From: Marsupella aquatica
Taxonomy: Eukaryota > Plantae > Marchantiophyta
Direction: 5' to 3'
NCBI GenBank assembly: GCA_973895155.1
Contig: OZ316897.1
Coordinates: forward strand, 22,109,455-22,173,454
DNA length: 64,000 nucleotides
Below the pieces are notes generated by a model. That model saw only the letters and a program-made list of their open reading frames with translations. It was not told the DNA's origin and did no database searches. Below, in pieces: positions 19,359 to 32,221 of this stretch; the first letter of the stretch is position 1, and each line of letters begins with the position of its first letter. The translations under genes were made by a program, and so were the position numbers.

Positions 19359-21693
19359 GGGACAGCTCTGAATTTCTGGCTATAACCCTGTTCTTCGCTG
19401 TGTGTAAGAAAATTTCAATGGGTTGGTAAGTTCGGCTCTTAAAAAAACTTAAGGGATGTCATCCCCGCGAAAGTGAGCACGCTGACTACAGAGTAGAACT
19501 TTCACCGACCAATGCTTTGATCACGCGTACGGAGAATGAAAACAGGCCAAAGACAGCCACACAAATCAGCCTAATGCCTCGATTTTGGGAATGATTTATA
19601 GAAGGAGTTGCAGATTTCCCCGGGAGAATGTGATCACTTCCAGCAAGAGGATGCGCTAGAAATTTGGACAGCAGTGAGAACAATTGCGTAAAAGGCACCC
19701 AAGTGTGCAGGACATAGCCTGCAAGAACCTCACTGCACCCACATAGCTACATTCCCATTCTTAAATATTGAAGCAAATTAAGGCGCAACTAAATGAGTGA
19801 CAAGAAAACAAAACCAAGATAATTACAAAAGGGATCGGGAAACAGAAAGGTCATTACCCTGCATAGAGGACAAAAGACGCGAAAAAGGTAAAACAACCTA
19901 CACATTCCCAATCAACGAGAAAAGGAAAATTTTGTTCAGGAGGATTCTGCTGACAGTCCTGCCAGAAATGAAGCATTGCTGCAAACCGAGCCACAATCGT
20001 ACAACAGAGCAGGGAATTAAGGAACTTGAACACTACCAACGCCGTACGCTTGTCCACATAGCCCACTCCAACGTCAATTGGAGGAAGGCAGTAACGAGCT
20101 GTGACATAGAAGTGTACAAATCTCTTACCTCGGAGGCGGAGCGAGCTGTGAAGTCGAGACTGACGAGCACTATGGCTGCCCTCATCCCCCAGGCACTGTA
20201 TAACTATGTGTCCAACATTCAGCCACCTCAGTCAGGCATATTGCATTGCAAGTGTTCGATGATTTATCTCGTCCGCTCTCACCTCTACTAAAATCTAGAA
20301 CATTGCACACGAGTAAAACGGGGACACAAGATCCCAGAGGCAAGCGACCCACGAGAGGCTAGATAACAAGGAAAAGCCCATAAGCCCGGAAGCCCGGGGC
20401 CCCAAGAGCGCAAAAGAATGGCAGAGCAAAGCAAACAGACCACGAGCCAAAAGCGAAAAGGTTAAAGCACTACTGAAATGATGAATCTTGTACTAAGACC
20501 ACGTACTTAGATTCCGAGGGTACCAATCTTCTGGAGTGGGCTCTACTAAGACTATGATGCGTTGATTGCCTAAACATGATTGGGTTTCCTGTGTAATCTG
20601 GAGAAAAATGAATGGTCGACAGCGTATGAGCGCATATGTTTGAGTCAAGACTTTCAGCAAAAAATGCAAAAATGGACTCCTTGCCCAGTAGGAGTAAATT
20701 CTACAATGGCACTAGAGGTTTTCTGAGAAAATATATGTGGCTTTTGCACGGCATTTGTGCGTTGCTAAGAACGTGAATGTCCTGGTGTCCCAAAGCACTA
20801 TGGTATCTGACGATTACATATTTCTCTGGTCCGAGCAACAGGACTAACTCGATGGACTAGAATCAATTTGGAGCGGAGCGATTTGTTGCAATTGGCTTCT
20901 GGTCTCTAGCTACTGTCAGTCTACTTATGAGCATCAATAGTCTGGACTACACTCGAGTTTGCTCTGCCCTACACTCGAGTTTGCTCTGCCCTACACTCAG
21001 GACTGGTCATAAGTAAGATGGTCGGGAAGAACTCAATTTCCTCGTAAAATCAACTGAGCTCCCAGCCAGAAGAATCAATGAGGGACCTAAACCCTAAGTA
21101 GAGGGAAAACAGACCGATTCACAAAACAGGGCCAAACAAAATACAAAAGAGTAAACCAAAAAACGAGGTCGTAGGACAAACACCAAACTCAAAGGGCAAA
21201 TAGTGTGATTAGCTAACAATGGTTCTCCAAACAAGAGTGGTGTATTTTCTTTGCATTTTTTTTTGTATACTTCAAGACCGAAGAGACCTTTTGTTAGAGC
21301 TATTTGCAGTAAAAGTGGACGAGTAAAAGTGGAGTAAAAGTGGAGTAATGCTCTATCAAAATCTGGACTGTGCATTCTGCTCCATAAAAGCAGGGAGAAT
21401 TGCAAAGGGCATTAAGTGTCCTGTTTGTCCTCCTTGCATGTTTCAATACATACAATAGATTTATGGTGTTAGGCCAAAGCTCAATTTACAAAATGGGAAG
21501 TCATTTGGTGTGAAAGTTTAGGGATCCTAGTTGGACTGAAGTGGGTCCCTAGCTTTCTGTTTGCTTATGTTTGTGTGACGTGTCCTCTCTGTCTGTTTTG
21601 TAGACCACCTCTCCAAGTGGTCCAAGAATCTGATGGAGACTACATCCTACTAATGAGCTGACTCATTTCTGATTGTTGATATTATGACATTAA

Positions 21694-23266
21694 CTAGCTC
21701 AATACCTGTGCGTTGCACAAAAGAAGTCGTGTAGGCCAAGATGTCATTGAGAAAAAATGATGTAGTGTCAGCCAAGAGGTCGTGGAGAAAAAAGATGTAG
21801 TGTTGCCTAGGAGGTCGCGGAGAGAAAAGATGTCGTGTTGCCCAAGAGGTTGTGGAGAGAAAAGATATCGTGTTGCCCAAGAGGTCGTTGAGAGAAACGA
21901 TGCCATGTCGCGCAAGAGGTCGTTGAGAGTAAAGATGTCGTGTCGCCCAAGAGGTCATTGAGAGAAAAGTAGTTGTGTTGGTCAAGATGTCGTTGAGAAA
22001 AAAAGATGTTGTATTGGCCAAGAGGTCGTTGAAAGAAAAAATGTAGTGTCAACCAAGAGGTCGTGGAGAAAAAAGATGTCTTGTCACCCAAGATGTCGTT
22101 GAGAAAAAATTGTCATGTTGGCGAATCTGATGTTGTTGAGAAAAAAATGTTGTGTTGGCCAAGACATCGTTCACGGAAAATACCCGTGCGTTGCACAAAA
22201 GATGTTGTTAAGAAATAAGATGTCGTGTTGCCCAAGATGTTGTTAAGTGAAAGATGTCACAAAGTAAAAAGATGACTTAAAAAAAGTAGTTTTGCCAAAC
22301 ATGCCATTGTGTGAAAGATGTTATTAAGAAAAATGTGTCATTTTGCCAAAGATATCGTGAAGTAAAAGATGTTAAAAGAAAAATGGTGTTGTTTCACCCA
22401 AGCTATCGTTCTGTGAAAGATGTTATGAAATAAAAAATCAAGGAAACTAAGAAGGAGTGAGTCTTTTTCTTTGTTTTGTTTTTTTACCCAAAATGCCCAT
22501 GCATTTGAATGGTGACCACTATAAATTGGAGCAACGTTATATTATCGGTTTCAGGTTTAGTGTTTTAGGGTTTAGCAAAGATGACCATTCTCTCGATATC
22601 CTTTCAATCCCCGTGCGTTGCATAATAGATGTAGTTTGGTTAAAGATGTTGTTGAGAAATAGATCGTACGTGGTGCAAAAGATAATCGTTGAATAAAAAT
22701 AATAATTGTTAAAATACATTATTATACAAAAACTTTTGTTGAGTGAAAGATATCATTGTGCAAAATAGAAATTGGGGTCCATGCAAGATAACTAAAAATT
22801 AACTAACTTCCAAAGAATTAAATCTCCTTTTTAAGAGCAAAAGCCAAAATAATATAATGTCAACCTACTCTCTTCCCCTTAGTGCTCGCTCCCTACCAAA
22901 ACCATCATCTCAAGTAAATCTTTTCACTTTCATGCCCCATGCCAAATGTACTCTAAATTAATAGACCATAAAATAATATACTTACACTTTAATGCTCCAT
23001 GCCAAAAAGTATTATATGCAAGCTACAAAATAACTACAGTAACATATGCAAGTACTCTATGACATATTATATCTACCTTGTACTATAACTTAGATACCTA
23101 TCTTGTACTATAACTTACAGCCAATTTTAGGTTCCCATCTCACTCAATCCAAGAGCCATAAATAATTCTAGAAAATATCTGATGGCTTAGTTTTGTTCCC
23201 TCCTTTTTCATTTTTGTAACGGGATGAAGGACTAAAACTGGCGGGATTAGTTATTATATTAGTAGA
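21694..23266 (-). mobile_element. Non-autonomous Helitron
   Basis: On the minus strand it starts A|TCTACTAATATAATAAC (23266) and ends GTGCAACGCAC hairpin-AGGTATTGAG-CTAG|T (21694). Inserted between A and T with no TSD. The paralogous region at ~4835-4850 is an empty site. Confidence 0.85.
21720..22430. repeat. Degenerate ~35-bp minisatellite inside the Helitron (consensus like CCAAGAGGTCGTTGAGAGAAAAGATGTCGTGTTG)
   Basis: Many consecutive imperfect copies, decaying rightwards. Confidence 0.85.
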
Positions 23267-23943
23267 TTTTAGTTGCTTGTCGACAGTTGATTGTCCTGTG
23301 GATTGCTATACTGGGAAACTGGTAATACAAGTCTTGTAGACATCCATGATACTGTAATGGAGAGTGCAAGTGAGCAGACGGACAAGTGGCCTACAGTAGA
23401 TGTCATTAGAGTGCACAGTTGTAACTCAAACGACTCACTATATAGAAAGGCTAAACCCAGCTTCCTCGACGCTGGGAGGGAAAAAAGGGTTGTTTAACCT
23501 AGCCCAAATCTTTGGAAATGGCCATGTTTGCTCTGTGAACCAGACTTTGAGCATTCAAAATTTCCAAAAAGTAGTGACAAAACAATGATTGCCCCTCAAA
23601 CTGACGAGATGGAACCATCAACGCTACCGAATCTTAATTGATGTAAAGACATAAACCATAATGTCTTCACCAAATGACAGCAAAGACTGCAGTAGTTTGT
23701 AGGAAATTGTGTACAGGTGACCCCGACCAGCGTATTTTTTAAGTGCAAAAATTTGCCAAATTTCACCTCCAGGTGGAGGCTTCGCCATATTTGGCAAACA
23801 TTCGCCAGCAAATTCCGATAAGATTATTCACTTGGACAAACGATATATTCACACATTACCAAAGAAGAAGCATGAGAATACTCAACCAGATAAAATTATC
23901 GGGGATAAGTATTCAAACCGTTCAAACGATATATTCACACACA

Positions 23944-24651
23944 TTACCAAAGAAGAAGCATGAGAATAGTCAACCCGATAAAATTATCGAGAGTAACACA
24001 CGGGTTTAGAAACTTACTCTTTTCTGCTTCGAGTGTTGCCTTATCACGAAGTGCTTTGAATTCAGTACACGGGGCGCAGGTGGAGAAACGACTCCTTTTG
24101 GGGATGCGCACGCGAGGAAACTCCTTGTTCCAAATGCAAACAAACCACGAATATGTCACGACTTGTTCTTGGCGCATTAAAGTTTCAGACTTGAAGGCGT
24201 CAAAAACTTCTGTTTTTGTCCAATTGTGAGGTAAATGAAAGATATCCTTATTGGGGAGACTCTCTACATTTGTGGTAAAAAAATCATCCAGCCACTGAAC
24301 AAGACCAAGATGTGCGGTCGATTTTTCTCTACAAAATGTATCGATTTGTATCCGAGAAACCATGTTCTTCGATATTTTTTGGAGACGATTATTTCCTAGA
24401 AAAAATAATTTCTTAAAACCACTCCGACAAAAGGATCTACCGCTAACTGAGTAACCACTTGCACCGGCATGCCTACCCTTCACACATCCTCTTAGAAGTA
24501 CGTTCTTCTCTTGGTAGGATAGCCCATAGTAATATGTGCGTTGTTTCATCACATCCTGTACACCCAAATTCCTCAGACAAAAATTATCACAACAGCGATA
24601 CTTATAAATTTCTTTCATTTTGTTTCTATTCAATTTATCATTTATCACATT
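23944..24651 (-). pseudogene. Inverted duplicate of a transposase-like exon (Cys-rich; Sola/DUF7869-type N-terminal region, tentative)
   Basis: CCDNFC, FCRSGFKKLFFLGNNRL, IWNKEFPRVRIPKRSRFSTCAPCTEFK. No catalytic domain visible. Confidence 0.5.
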
Positions 24652-25515
24652 AAACACGATTTCCGACCGAACAAGAACTATTTTCGCAAACGAGAAGTGT
24701 GTTTTCATTTTCCGCCGAATCTCACGAAATCGGTGGTTTTTTTATCAAAAACAGGTTTTTGGGGAAATAATGTAATCTGTATCGGAGTTTGGATTGAATC
24801 AAGAAATTCAGAAATGGTCCGAACCACTGAAATTAATGGTCACAAACATTCAATTTATCAAGGAAAAATTAGGTCCAAAAAATATTCGCCAGAACCTCAT
24901 ATTCACGCTCTCCAAGATATATGAAACGTCTTATCTAGAAATCCATATCCACTTTTCAAACAAAATCTGATACCTGTATTGGACTTCGGATTTCAACCAT
25001 GAAAGTTCTGACCGAATCTCAATTTCCCTAGTTTTTGGTTATTTACCGTAACTATTTTACATCACAGTCGATACGAAATTACCGCACAGTTTGTCAAACT
25101 TACCTTGCAGTTACCTCCGCAATTGACCATAGTAACCACTGTATACATGCATAGTCAACATGCCGTTGTCTCAACAACAATGCGAAGTCCGATAAAATTA
25201 TCGCGGCAACTCCGAACGGCAAAAATACTTGCCGACAATACTAAGATCCTTCGGTTCATCGGTTAAATTTCAAAATTGCAATTATCCATATTAAGAAAAC
25301 ACTTTTTGCAATACCAACATCAGATGAATTTATCGCTGCAATTTCAAAATTGCAACTTTCCATATGAAGGAAACACTTTTTGCAATATCAACATGAGATA
25401 GATTTATCGCTTAAATTTCAAAACTACATAATTTCTCCACAATGCACGTGTAAGAATCAAATTGGAAATCCAAGAAATATACCCTTCTCTCTGCTATTTT
25501 GTCATTTAGCGAGAT

Positions 25516-25566
25516 GGCCAATCAAAAGTGGCCACGTGGGCCAACCCCTCAACAGACACTATAAAA
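25516..25566 (+). promoter_or_regulatory. Candidate Pol II promoter (CCAAT, G-box CCACGTGG, CTATAAAA) for the 25670 reading frame
   Basis: ggccaatc ~25516, gccacgtggg 25531 and ctataaaa 25559-25566, ~105 nt upstream of the ATG at 25670. Confidence 0.4.
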
Positions 25567-25669
25567 GGGTCACCGCCGATAAGTTTTTGGTGTCATTATC
25601 CAAAGTAGAGTTTCGCTTGGAGCAACATTTTGTCGGTTGAGCCATTCGTTTTCCCTGATTGAGGGAGGA

Positions 25670-27442
25670 ATGCAAAGCCCCATAGTGTCTCGGATAGCCA
25701 TGTCTCAATCAGACACAGATTCACCTTCAAGTTCAGTTGAATCCTCTCCTAATGTTGTCGCTCGCTGTTTGCCAAGTCGCATACTTAAAGCTCTACCTCT
25801 CTCATAGCAGATAGTGCCCGAATTTTCTGACGCTGATTCGGATTCTGATGCAAGTTCTGGTCCTGAGCCCAGTTCTTACTATGTATCGCCTAGTAAACCT
25901 GAGAAGCGTCGTCTCTTGAGCGTTCCATCGCCAAGGAATGAGAAAATTACAATCCCAGGTTTAGGTCCGAGACGTCGCTTCAAGCCATCCATCCCGGGTT
26001 ATGGAGAGGGTATTCGGCGACCGATACGCGTATCGCACTCAACATTCAAGTCGCCATATTCAACACACGTTCAACGACGGATCTTTCAGTCTCCGGGTGA
26101 GAATCAAGAGGTAGAAATACAAAGACCGATACGGCGATCGGTCTTTGCATTGCCTGGACTAGACGTGCAATCAACCGAGGGAATTGGATTGCGAAGTCCA
26201 AACTCGGCCCTTTCCCGAATGGTTTGTGGGAATCGTGGTCAACAAGTGCTCAATTTTCCTGCAGCTCGCGGAGTTATTGGGACTGCACGTGTGAATAGTT
26301 CACCGTTCAGAGTTCTAGATTCTCCAAGTTCTCCAGGGCGGACTGTGATTGGTTCTAGGATCCAAGTGTCGAGGAGAGGTCTTAGTGGTGTTCGGATTAT
26401 GTATAGAGAGCCACGGAGTCCAATTGTGTTTTCAGATGAGTTGAGTGGATCAAAGGACGAAGATGAGGAAGGAGATAGAGAATCCGATATCATAGCACAA
26501 GTTGTGTCTGAATGTTTAGAAGGAACTGTAGAAGGGAATAGTTTTAGTCACCTTTTCAGTGCTCCTCTAAATGCGTCGAGGAGATCCGTGGAGGATGGTA
26601 GCTCAGCAGAGAGTGATGCATCTATTCGCGAGGTACCTGAAGGAGGAAAATGCCAATGTTCTCATCGGATTTCAGTCTATAGAGAAGTCAAATGAGCCTA
26701 GTAAAAAAGATAGAGACCGAATTACTAGGAAGACAATGTGATAAATGATAAATTGAATAGAAATAAAATGAAAGAAATTTATAAGTATCGCTGTTGTGAT
26801 AATTTTTGTCTGAGGAATTTGGGTGTACAAGATGTGATGAAACAACACACATATTACTATGGGCTATCCTACCAAGAGAAGAACGTACTTCTAAGAGGAT
26901 GTGTGAAGGGTGGGCATGCCGGTGCAAGTGGTTACTCAATTAGCGGTAGATCCTTTTGTCGGAGTGGTTTTAAGAAATTATTTTTCCTAGGAAATAATCG
27001 TCTCCAAAAAATCTTGAAGAACATGTTTTCTCGGATACAGATCGATACATTTTGTAGAGAAAAATCGACCGCACATCTTGGTCTTGTTCAGTGGCTGGAT
27101 GATTTTTTTACCACAAATGTAGAGAGTCTCCCCAACAAGGATATCTTTCATTTACCTCACAATTGGACAAAAACAGAAGTTTTTGACGCCTTCCAGTCTG
27201 AAACTTTAATGCGCCAAGAACAAGGCGTGACATATTTGTGGTTTGTTTGCATTTGGAACAAGGAGTTTCCTCGCGTGCGCATCCCCAAAAGGAGTCGTTT
27301 CTCCACCTGCGCCCCGTGTACAGAATTCAAAGCACTTCGTGATAAGGCAACACTCAAAGCAGAAAAGAGTAAGTTTCTAAACCCGTGTGTTACTCCCGAT
27401 AATTTTATCGGGTTGAGTATTCCCATGCTTCTTCTTTGGTAA
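25670..27442 (+). pseudogene. Transposon gene remnant: Ser/Arg-rich disordered N-terminus followed by the Cys-rich transposase-like exon
   Basis: ATG 25670 is in frame with ORF 25814-26695 through one TAG (25805). ORF 26738-27442 follows after a break; a likely splice donor lies near AEK|gtaagt (~27369). Confidence 0.5.
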
Positions 27443-27889
27443 TGTGTGTGAATATATCGTTTGAACAGAATGACTAACTAGCTAGAGCGTTGAATGCAAA
27501 GTCCGATAATATTATCGACAACTCCATTCCCCCAGCTAGAACATGGTGACAAATAAGGGAGTGGAATAGCTAGAGCGTGGAATGCAAAGTCCGATAAGTC
27601 CCCAACTAGAACACCGTGACAAACAATGGAGTAGAATGCAATGTCCGATAAATTTATCGGGTTCAAACGTAATTGCGATAAATTTATCACACTCCATTCT
27701 CCGAATATTGAGAAGTGGGACTAACATAATCTAACATAACCTAAACTAACCTAACCTAACTATCATACAACCAGATAACAATTTCCTAATCCAGTAACAT
27801 GTCATTGAGATCATCCTCATAAGGCATTCTGGGAGGTTCTTCGGCTTCTTCTTCATTCTCGACCTCCTTCCACTAGTAGAAAACAATGT

Positions 27890-28600
27890 ATTTTATGACC
27901 GAAACAATGACTATTAATCAGGTCTTTTTAACAAAACAATACGCAATTGTTCTCGTCTTTCCAGACGCGTCACAACGGACATTTTGGTCACGGTCCTTTT
28001 GGACAAATGACGCTAAAAACATGTGGTCATTTCATACTATCCTAAATGACCGTTTTTATGATATGGTCATAAATGTTGAACGGTCCAAAATGACGACACA
28101 AATCACCATCGACGGTCAATTGCCGTTGACCGTCGATGGTCCCCGTACCCAATCACACAACGACATGTGGCAATAAAAAACAAATAACATTGGTCATTTT
28201 GGACTTGTCCAAAATGACGTACATTATATAACAAATCAAATAGTGACACGTGGTTCAAAGAGGATTCACCATTTGGCAATATATTTGGGTCATTTTGGAT
28301 GTGTCCAAAATGACTACAGTATAAACAAGTCATATTGAGACACGTGGTTCAATTGGGAGAAGACACGTAAAGATACACATTAGTCATTAATGACATGTCT
28401 TGAATGACATAAAGTGAGTCATAGTGGACTTGTTTATAATGACCATGAGAAAGGTCATTGTATATGTCATTCTTTGAATCATTTAGTCTATGTCTTTAAT
28501 GACCAGAGTTGAGTCATATTGGTCACAAAGATAGTTGTGAATAATGACCATTACATCAGTCATTCTAGCCAGTCATTTAGTCATTCAAGCCAGTCATTCA
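27890..28600. repeat. CACTA subterminal repeats (AATGAC / GTCATT in direct and inverted orientation)
   Basis: e.g. ggtcattttggacttgtccaaaatgacg ~28192, ggtcattttggatgtgtccaaaatgac ~28288, gtcatagtggacttgtttataatgac 28418-28443. Confidence 0.8.
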
Positions 28601-28952
28601 GACGAAGTATTCAATGATTTGGAGAAATTCAAATTTAAGTGATCATGATAGATAAAACTTGATGTCAATCAAAAATCATACATTACAAAGCCATTCAATA
28701 GATTTGCTGAATGAAAACTTAAAGAAACATTCGATATATATCACAAATCCAATTGATATTCATACAAGATACCTTCATAAGTCTCACGGTAAATATTGAA
28801 CTCAATGCAAATTTATGAAACAAAATTACATTGACATCAATAATATTAGATTGTCAATTGTTACAACCTGACATACCAATCACTCTGCATGTTTATAGAA
28901 AAACAGAGTTGTCATTCTATCATGTCTATTGTTTCTTGATAGAGTGCTATTT

Positions 28953-31900
28953 CTATTGCTTCTTAAGCAATCTAGAGTTCCATAGGGCATTCATCCCTTT
29001 CACATCAGATAATTTAGACTGGTTCTCCCCTGAATTGGCAAATGGCAATGCCACATCTACAAACACTTCAATCACACGCACTCGCAAGAAAGGGCTTTCA
29101 AAATCTGCACAATGAAACTTATCTTCTCCTGGCAGCCCTGTCACCTCACCTTCTGCCACTATCATGGAATTGTCCACAACGCTCTTCATCTTCACCAAAT
29201 CTCCTCTTGCAAACTGTGAACAACACATTTTGTTAAAAATGCAATAAACAGAAATTGAAAGATAGAAGAACACTCAAATCAAACACACATTTACCTTTGC
29301 AACAGGGTTAGGAGACTGCATTGGTTTCTTCTGTGCAGGTGATGCATTTGCTGAGGATCCTTTCTTCCTTTTCTTCTTTCCCTTTCTAGTTGATGGAGTG
29401 TCATCCTGTTCACTTGGAATGGGAGTTTCTTTTGGCAACTCAGATGATTCTGGGGTTACATCTGGTGTCAACTGAGTCGACTTATCCTCTGGCAACTGAA
29501 AGGCATCTGAAATGGCTTCTTTGGGCAACTTAGATGGCAAAAGGTTCACTTCCAATTCAGTTTGCTTTAGAGTACTGTTAGCTGTGTCAGTTGGTCTTCC
29601 CTGCGACACAGGAGGCTCCCCTAAAGATGCTGTCATAAAACACACACAAAAGAAATGCATAAACAAACATGTATACACCAGCAACATATAATCACACTAA
29701 AAACATGCAAGAACATTATAAACATGCAATGACATATACACATCACAATAATTACATTGAATGGACAGTGTATACATGATAGAGAATTTTACCTTCATTA
29801 TCGCCTGAAAAAGTAAGAGATCGCTTTCTACTACCTTGTTTGGTAGTTGTAGTCAACTTACTGTGACTAGGCACAACTGTTGGAACTTGTGCATTACTGG
29901 GGTGATGTGCCATCCACGTAGTCATCATGTTTGTCAACTCCCTCACAGTGCCTTTCAACTCAGCGACATCCAATTTCACAACCCCAATGGCAGTGATCTC
30001 TTCTTTTGAATGTGGGGTCTGTAAATGAACCACAAACCAACACAACAGTCTCACTGTCAAACTTACAAACGACACAACACTAGCTCTGTCAAATGGAGAA
30101 TGATGTACAAATCAAATTGGTATGACAATACTCACAGCTGATCCATGTCTGTTTCCTTGCCCCAGTAAGCTAGCACTTTTACCCTCCCCACTTGCCAATG
30201 ATGGGCTCACCTTTGCTCCCACAAAACTACCAGTCTGACCTTCTGCACTTGCCAATGATGGGCTCATTGTCACCTTTGGCAATGAACCCTGACTACCATG
30301 GTTTTCTTTCAGGTCAGATATACCTGGGCTTGATCCTCTCTTCTACTTCTGTTCAAATACACAATGAATGAGAAATCACAGAGTTTGTTTTCATCAAGAT
30401 TCACAAACAAGACAGAATTGATAATGAAAATGATAGACAATTTACCATTCTCTTTGCTGCTGCAGCATGCCCTCCCCTTCCAAAGTGAGAGGTATCTTGC
30501 ACTCGTGCTCTTTTATCAGTCATCTGTTTACTCAAAGATATCAATGCTGGACTGGTAAAATGAGATACCAAAGCTGCCCATTTCTTTGGATCAACACCAA
30601 ATGGCCCAGGTTTGGTTGGATCCTCATTGCAAACTTTCTTCCAATAAACATGCATTTTATGGCGCTCTCTCTTCAATATGCCACGACAATGACTCTGGAA
30701 TTTGGTGTTAATAAATTCCCCACTCACATACTCCCACTCAGCTGCCATGTTATTCCACACTGTGGTTGTATGAACTTGTGGATGATCAGTCCATTTTGGC
30801 TTTGATACATCAAAGACTCTGAGTACGTTGCCACGAAGTTCCTCCAGCCAGTATTGTTTGTTGCCATCAGAATCATCAATATCATTGTCATAAATCTGCA
30901 TTTCACAGACAATGTCAGATCATAACTCTAGAATTTATGCAGAGTCCAGGTTTTATACACACAACAACAGAGAGGATCAGATTTGTCTAAATCTACATTC
31001 AAAACAAGTACAATACTCACCTTAATGTGTTTGGGCACCTCTCCGCAATCCCTTCGTTGTTTGGCAGTATTATCAAACTGCTTCTTAGCATGCCTTCGTT
31101 CCCTGCGCATCTCAGAGGCCCCTCCTGCAATGCACACACATGCATTCAATCAAAAAATATGTACATGATTGAAAAGTTGAGCAAATGTACTTGCATATGC
31201 ATGACGAGCAGATTGTGTATTACCTGAAGATCCTCTGGAATGTAGTACATCAGATTGACCTGATCTGCCTTCAGATGCTGATGGAACCACTAAACAAACA
31301 CACAACACCAAAGCACTTCAATTAATTTCATTTCCAAGTAGAATATCAACTTCCAAACACACCTGAAAAGTAGAACAGTACAATCCACTCACTTTCATAT
31401 AAGAGTCCAGTGTCTGGGTCTTTCCAACATCTCACTAGCCCTCCTCCACCAGGCCCAGTCTTCTTAGGACCACGATTTTGTTTCTGTACCTACATCATGG
31501 ACAACGTAAGCATATCAACATATAATTTGAAAAAGGGACAAGGATCCCTTCCTATTAGGATGATGAAGTTCAAGCATTACCTGTTGTGCACTCTCTGGTT
31601 CTGACCCTCCAATGTCAGAATCCTCAGTGTCATACTCAGAAGGAGAACCATATCCATCATCACCAAACTCTGCCATGTTCACCTTGGTAACTTCTGATAG
31701 TCTAGAGCTCCTCCTCTTTGGCAATGTTTCAGTTGAAGTACCTTTCACCAAAGCAGGCTTTCCTCTCTCTTGTTGTACATGTGTGGTTGGGCCTCTAAGG
31801 AACAAAGCAATCATCAACATACACCAATGCAGATCAAACATACATGCAAAATGAATCTACAACACCGTAACACTAGTACTTATGTACAGGATCCATACTA

Positions 31901-32123
31901 GTATGAGACCAATCTGGAATATGAAAACAGAACATGAACCTGACAACTCCATCTACTGAATCATTTGCAATAGACATATCAACACACACATCAGCTTGCA
32001 GTCTGGCCCCAGTCCTAGATCACGCATAATTCTGACATTATGCTCTATGTTCCGATTTCGGGCCTCCTCATAAGGATTCACAGAATGTGACAACCCTTGC
32101 AATCTTCCTTTCACAGGCTGCAT
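28953..32123 (-). CDS. CACTA ORF2 / TnpA-like multi-exon gene (exon structure and intactness not resolved)
   Basis: Starts MQPVKGR...NPYEEARNRNIEHNVRIMRDLGL, a typical ORF2 N-terminal motif. Exon 30401-30901 (PFGVDPKKWAALVSHF...SHFGRGG) is Transposase_24-like. The terminal exon VAEGEV...FLRVRV..VFVDVALPF...WNSRLL is typical of the ORF2 C-terminal domain. Confidence 0.7.
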
Positions 32124-32221
32124 TCACCAACTGCACAAATGGGTAAACCATTAGTCTGATTTCATAAATAGTCCATACATGTAGTCCATCTATGGACTTC
32201 ACACACCTAGCTAAAACCTAT

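Larger units (their letters stand above)
23920..27466. repeat. Long inverted repeat: arms 23920-24651 and 26735-27466 (~730 bp each), ~2.1-kb spacer
   Basis: ORFs 23944-24708(-) and 26738-27442(+) encode near-identical peptides; the arm ends were matched by eye. Confidence 0.9.
23714..27870. mobile_element. Putative DNA transposon (left end TA|CAGGTGACCCC; right end not seen, interrupted by the CACTA at 27871)
   Basis: Homology to the paralogous upstream region (…aaattgtgta|tggg at ~5190) breaks exactly at …aaattgtgta|cagg. The region carries transposase-like ORFs and repeated CCGATAAwwTTATCG palindromes. Confidence 0.55.

Noticed and set aside
21720-22430. 35-bp periodic repeats as a CRISPR array
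   Set aside because: Head-to-tail degenerate minisatellite with no unique spacers and no cas genes, in a eukaryotic context inside a Helitron.
27721-27762. CCTAA/CTAAC repeats (and TTAGGA repeats at ~45092-45110) as telomeric sequence
   Set aside because: Only a few imperfect units, not TTTAGGG arrays; they lie in 3'-UTR-like positions of TE genes.
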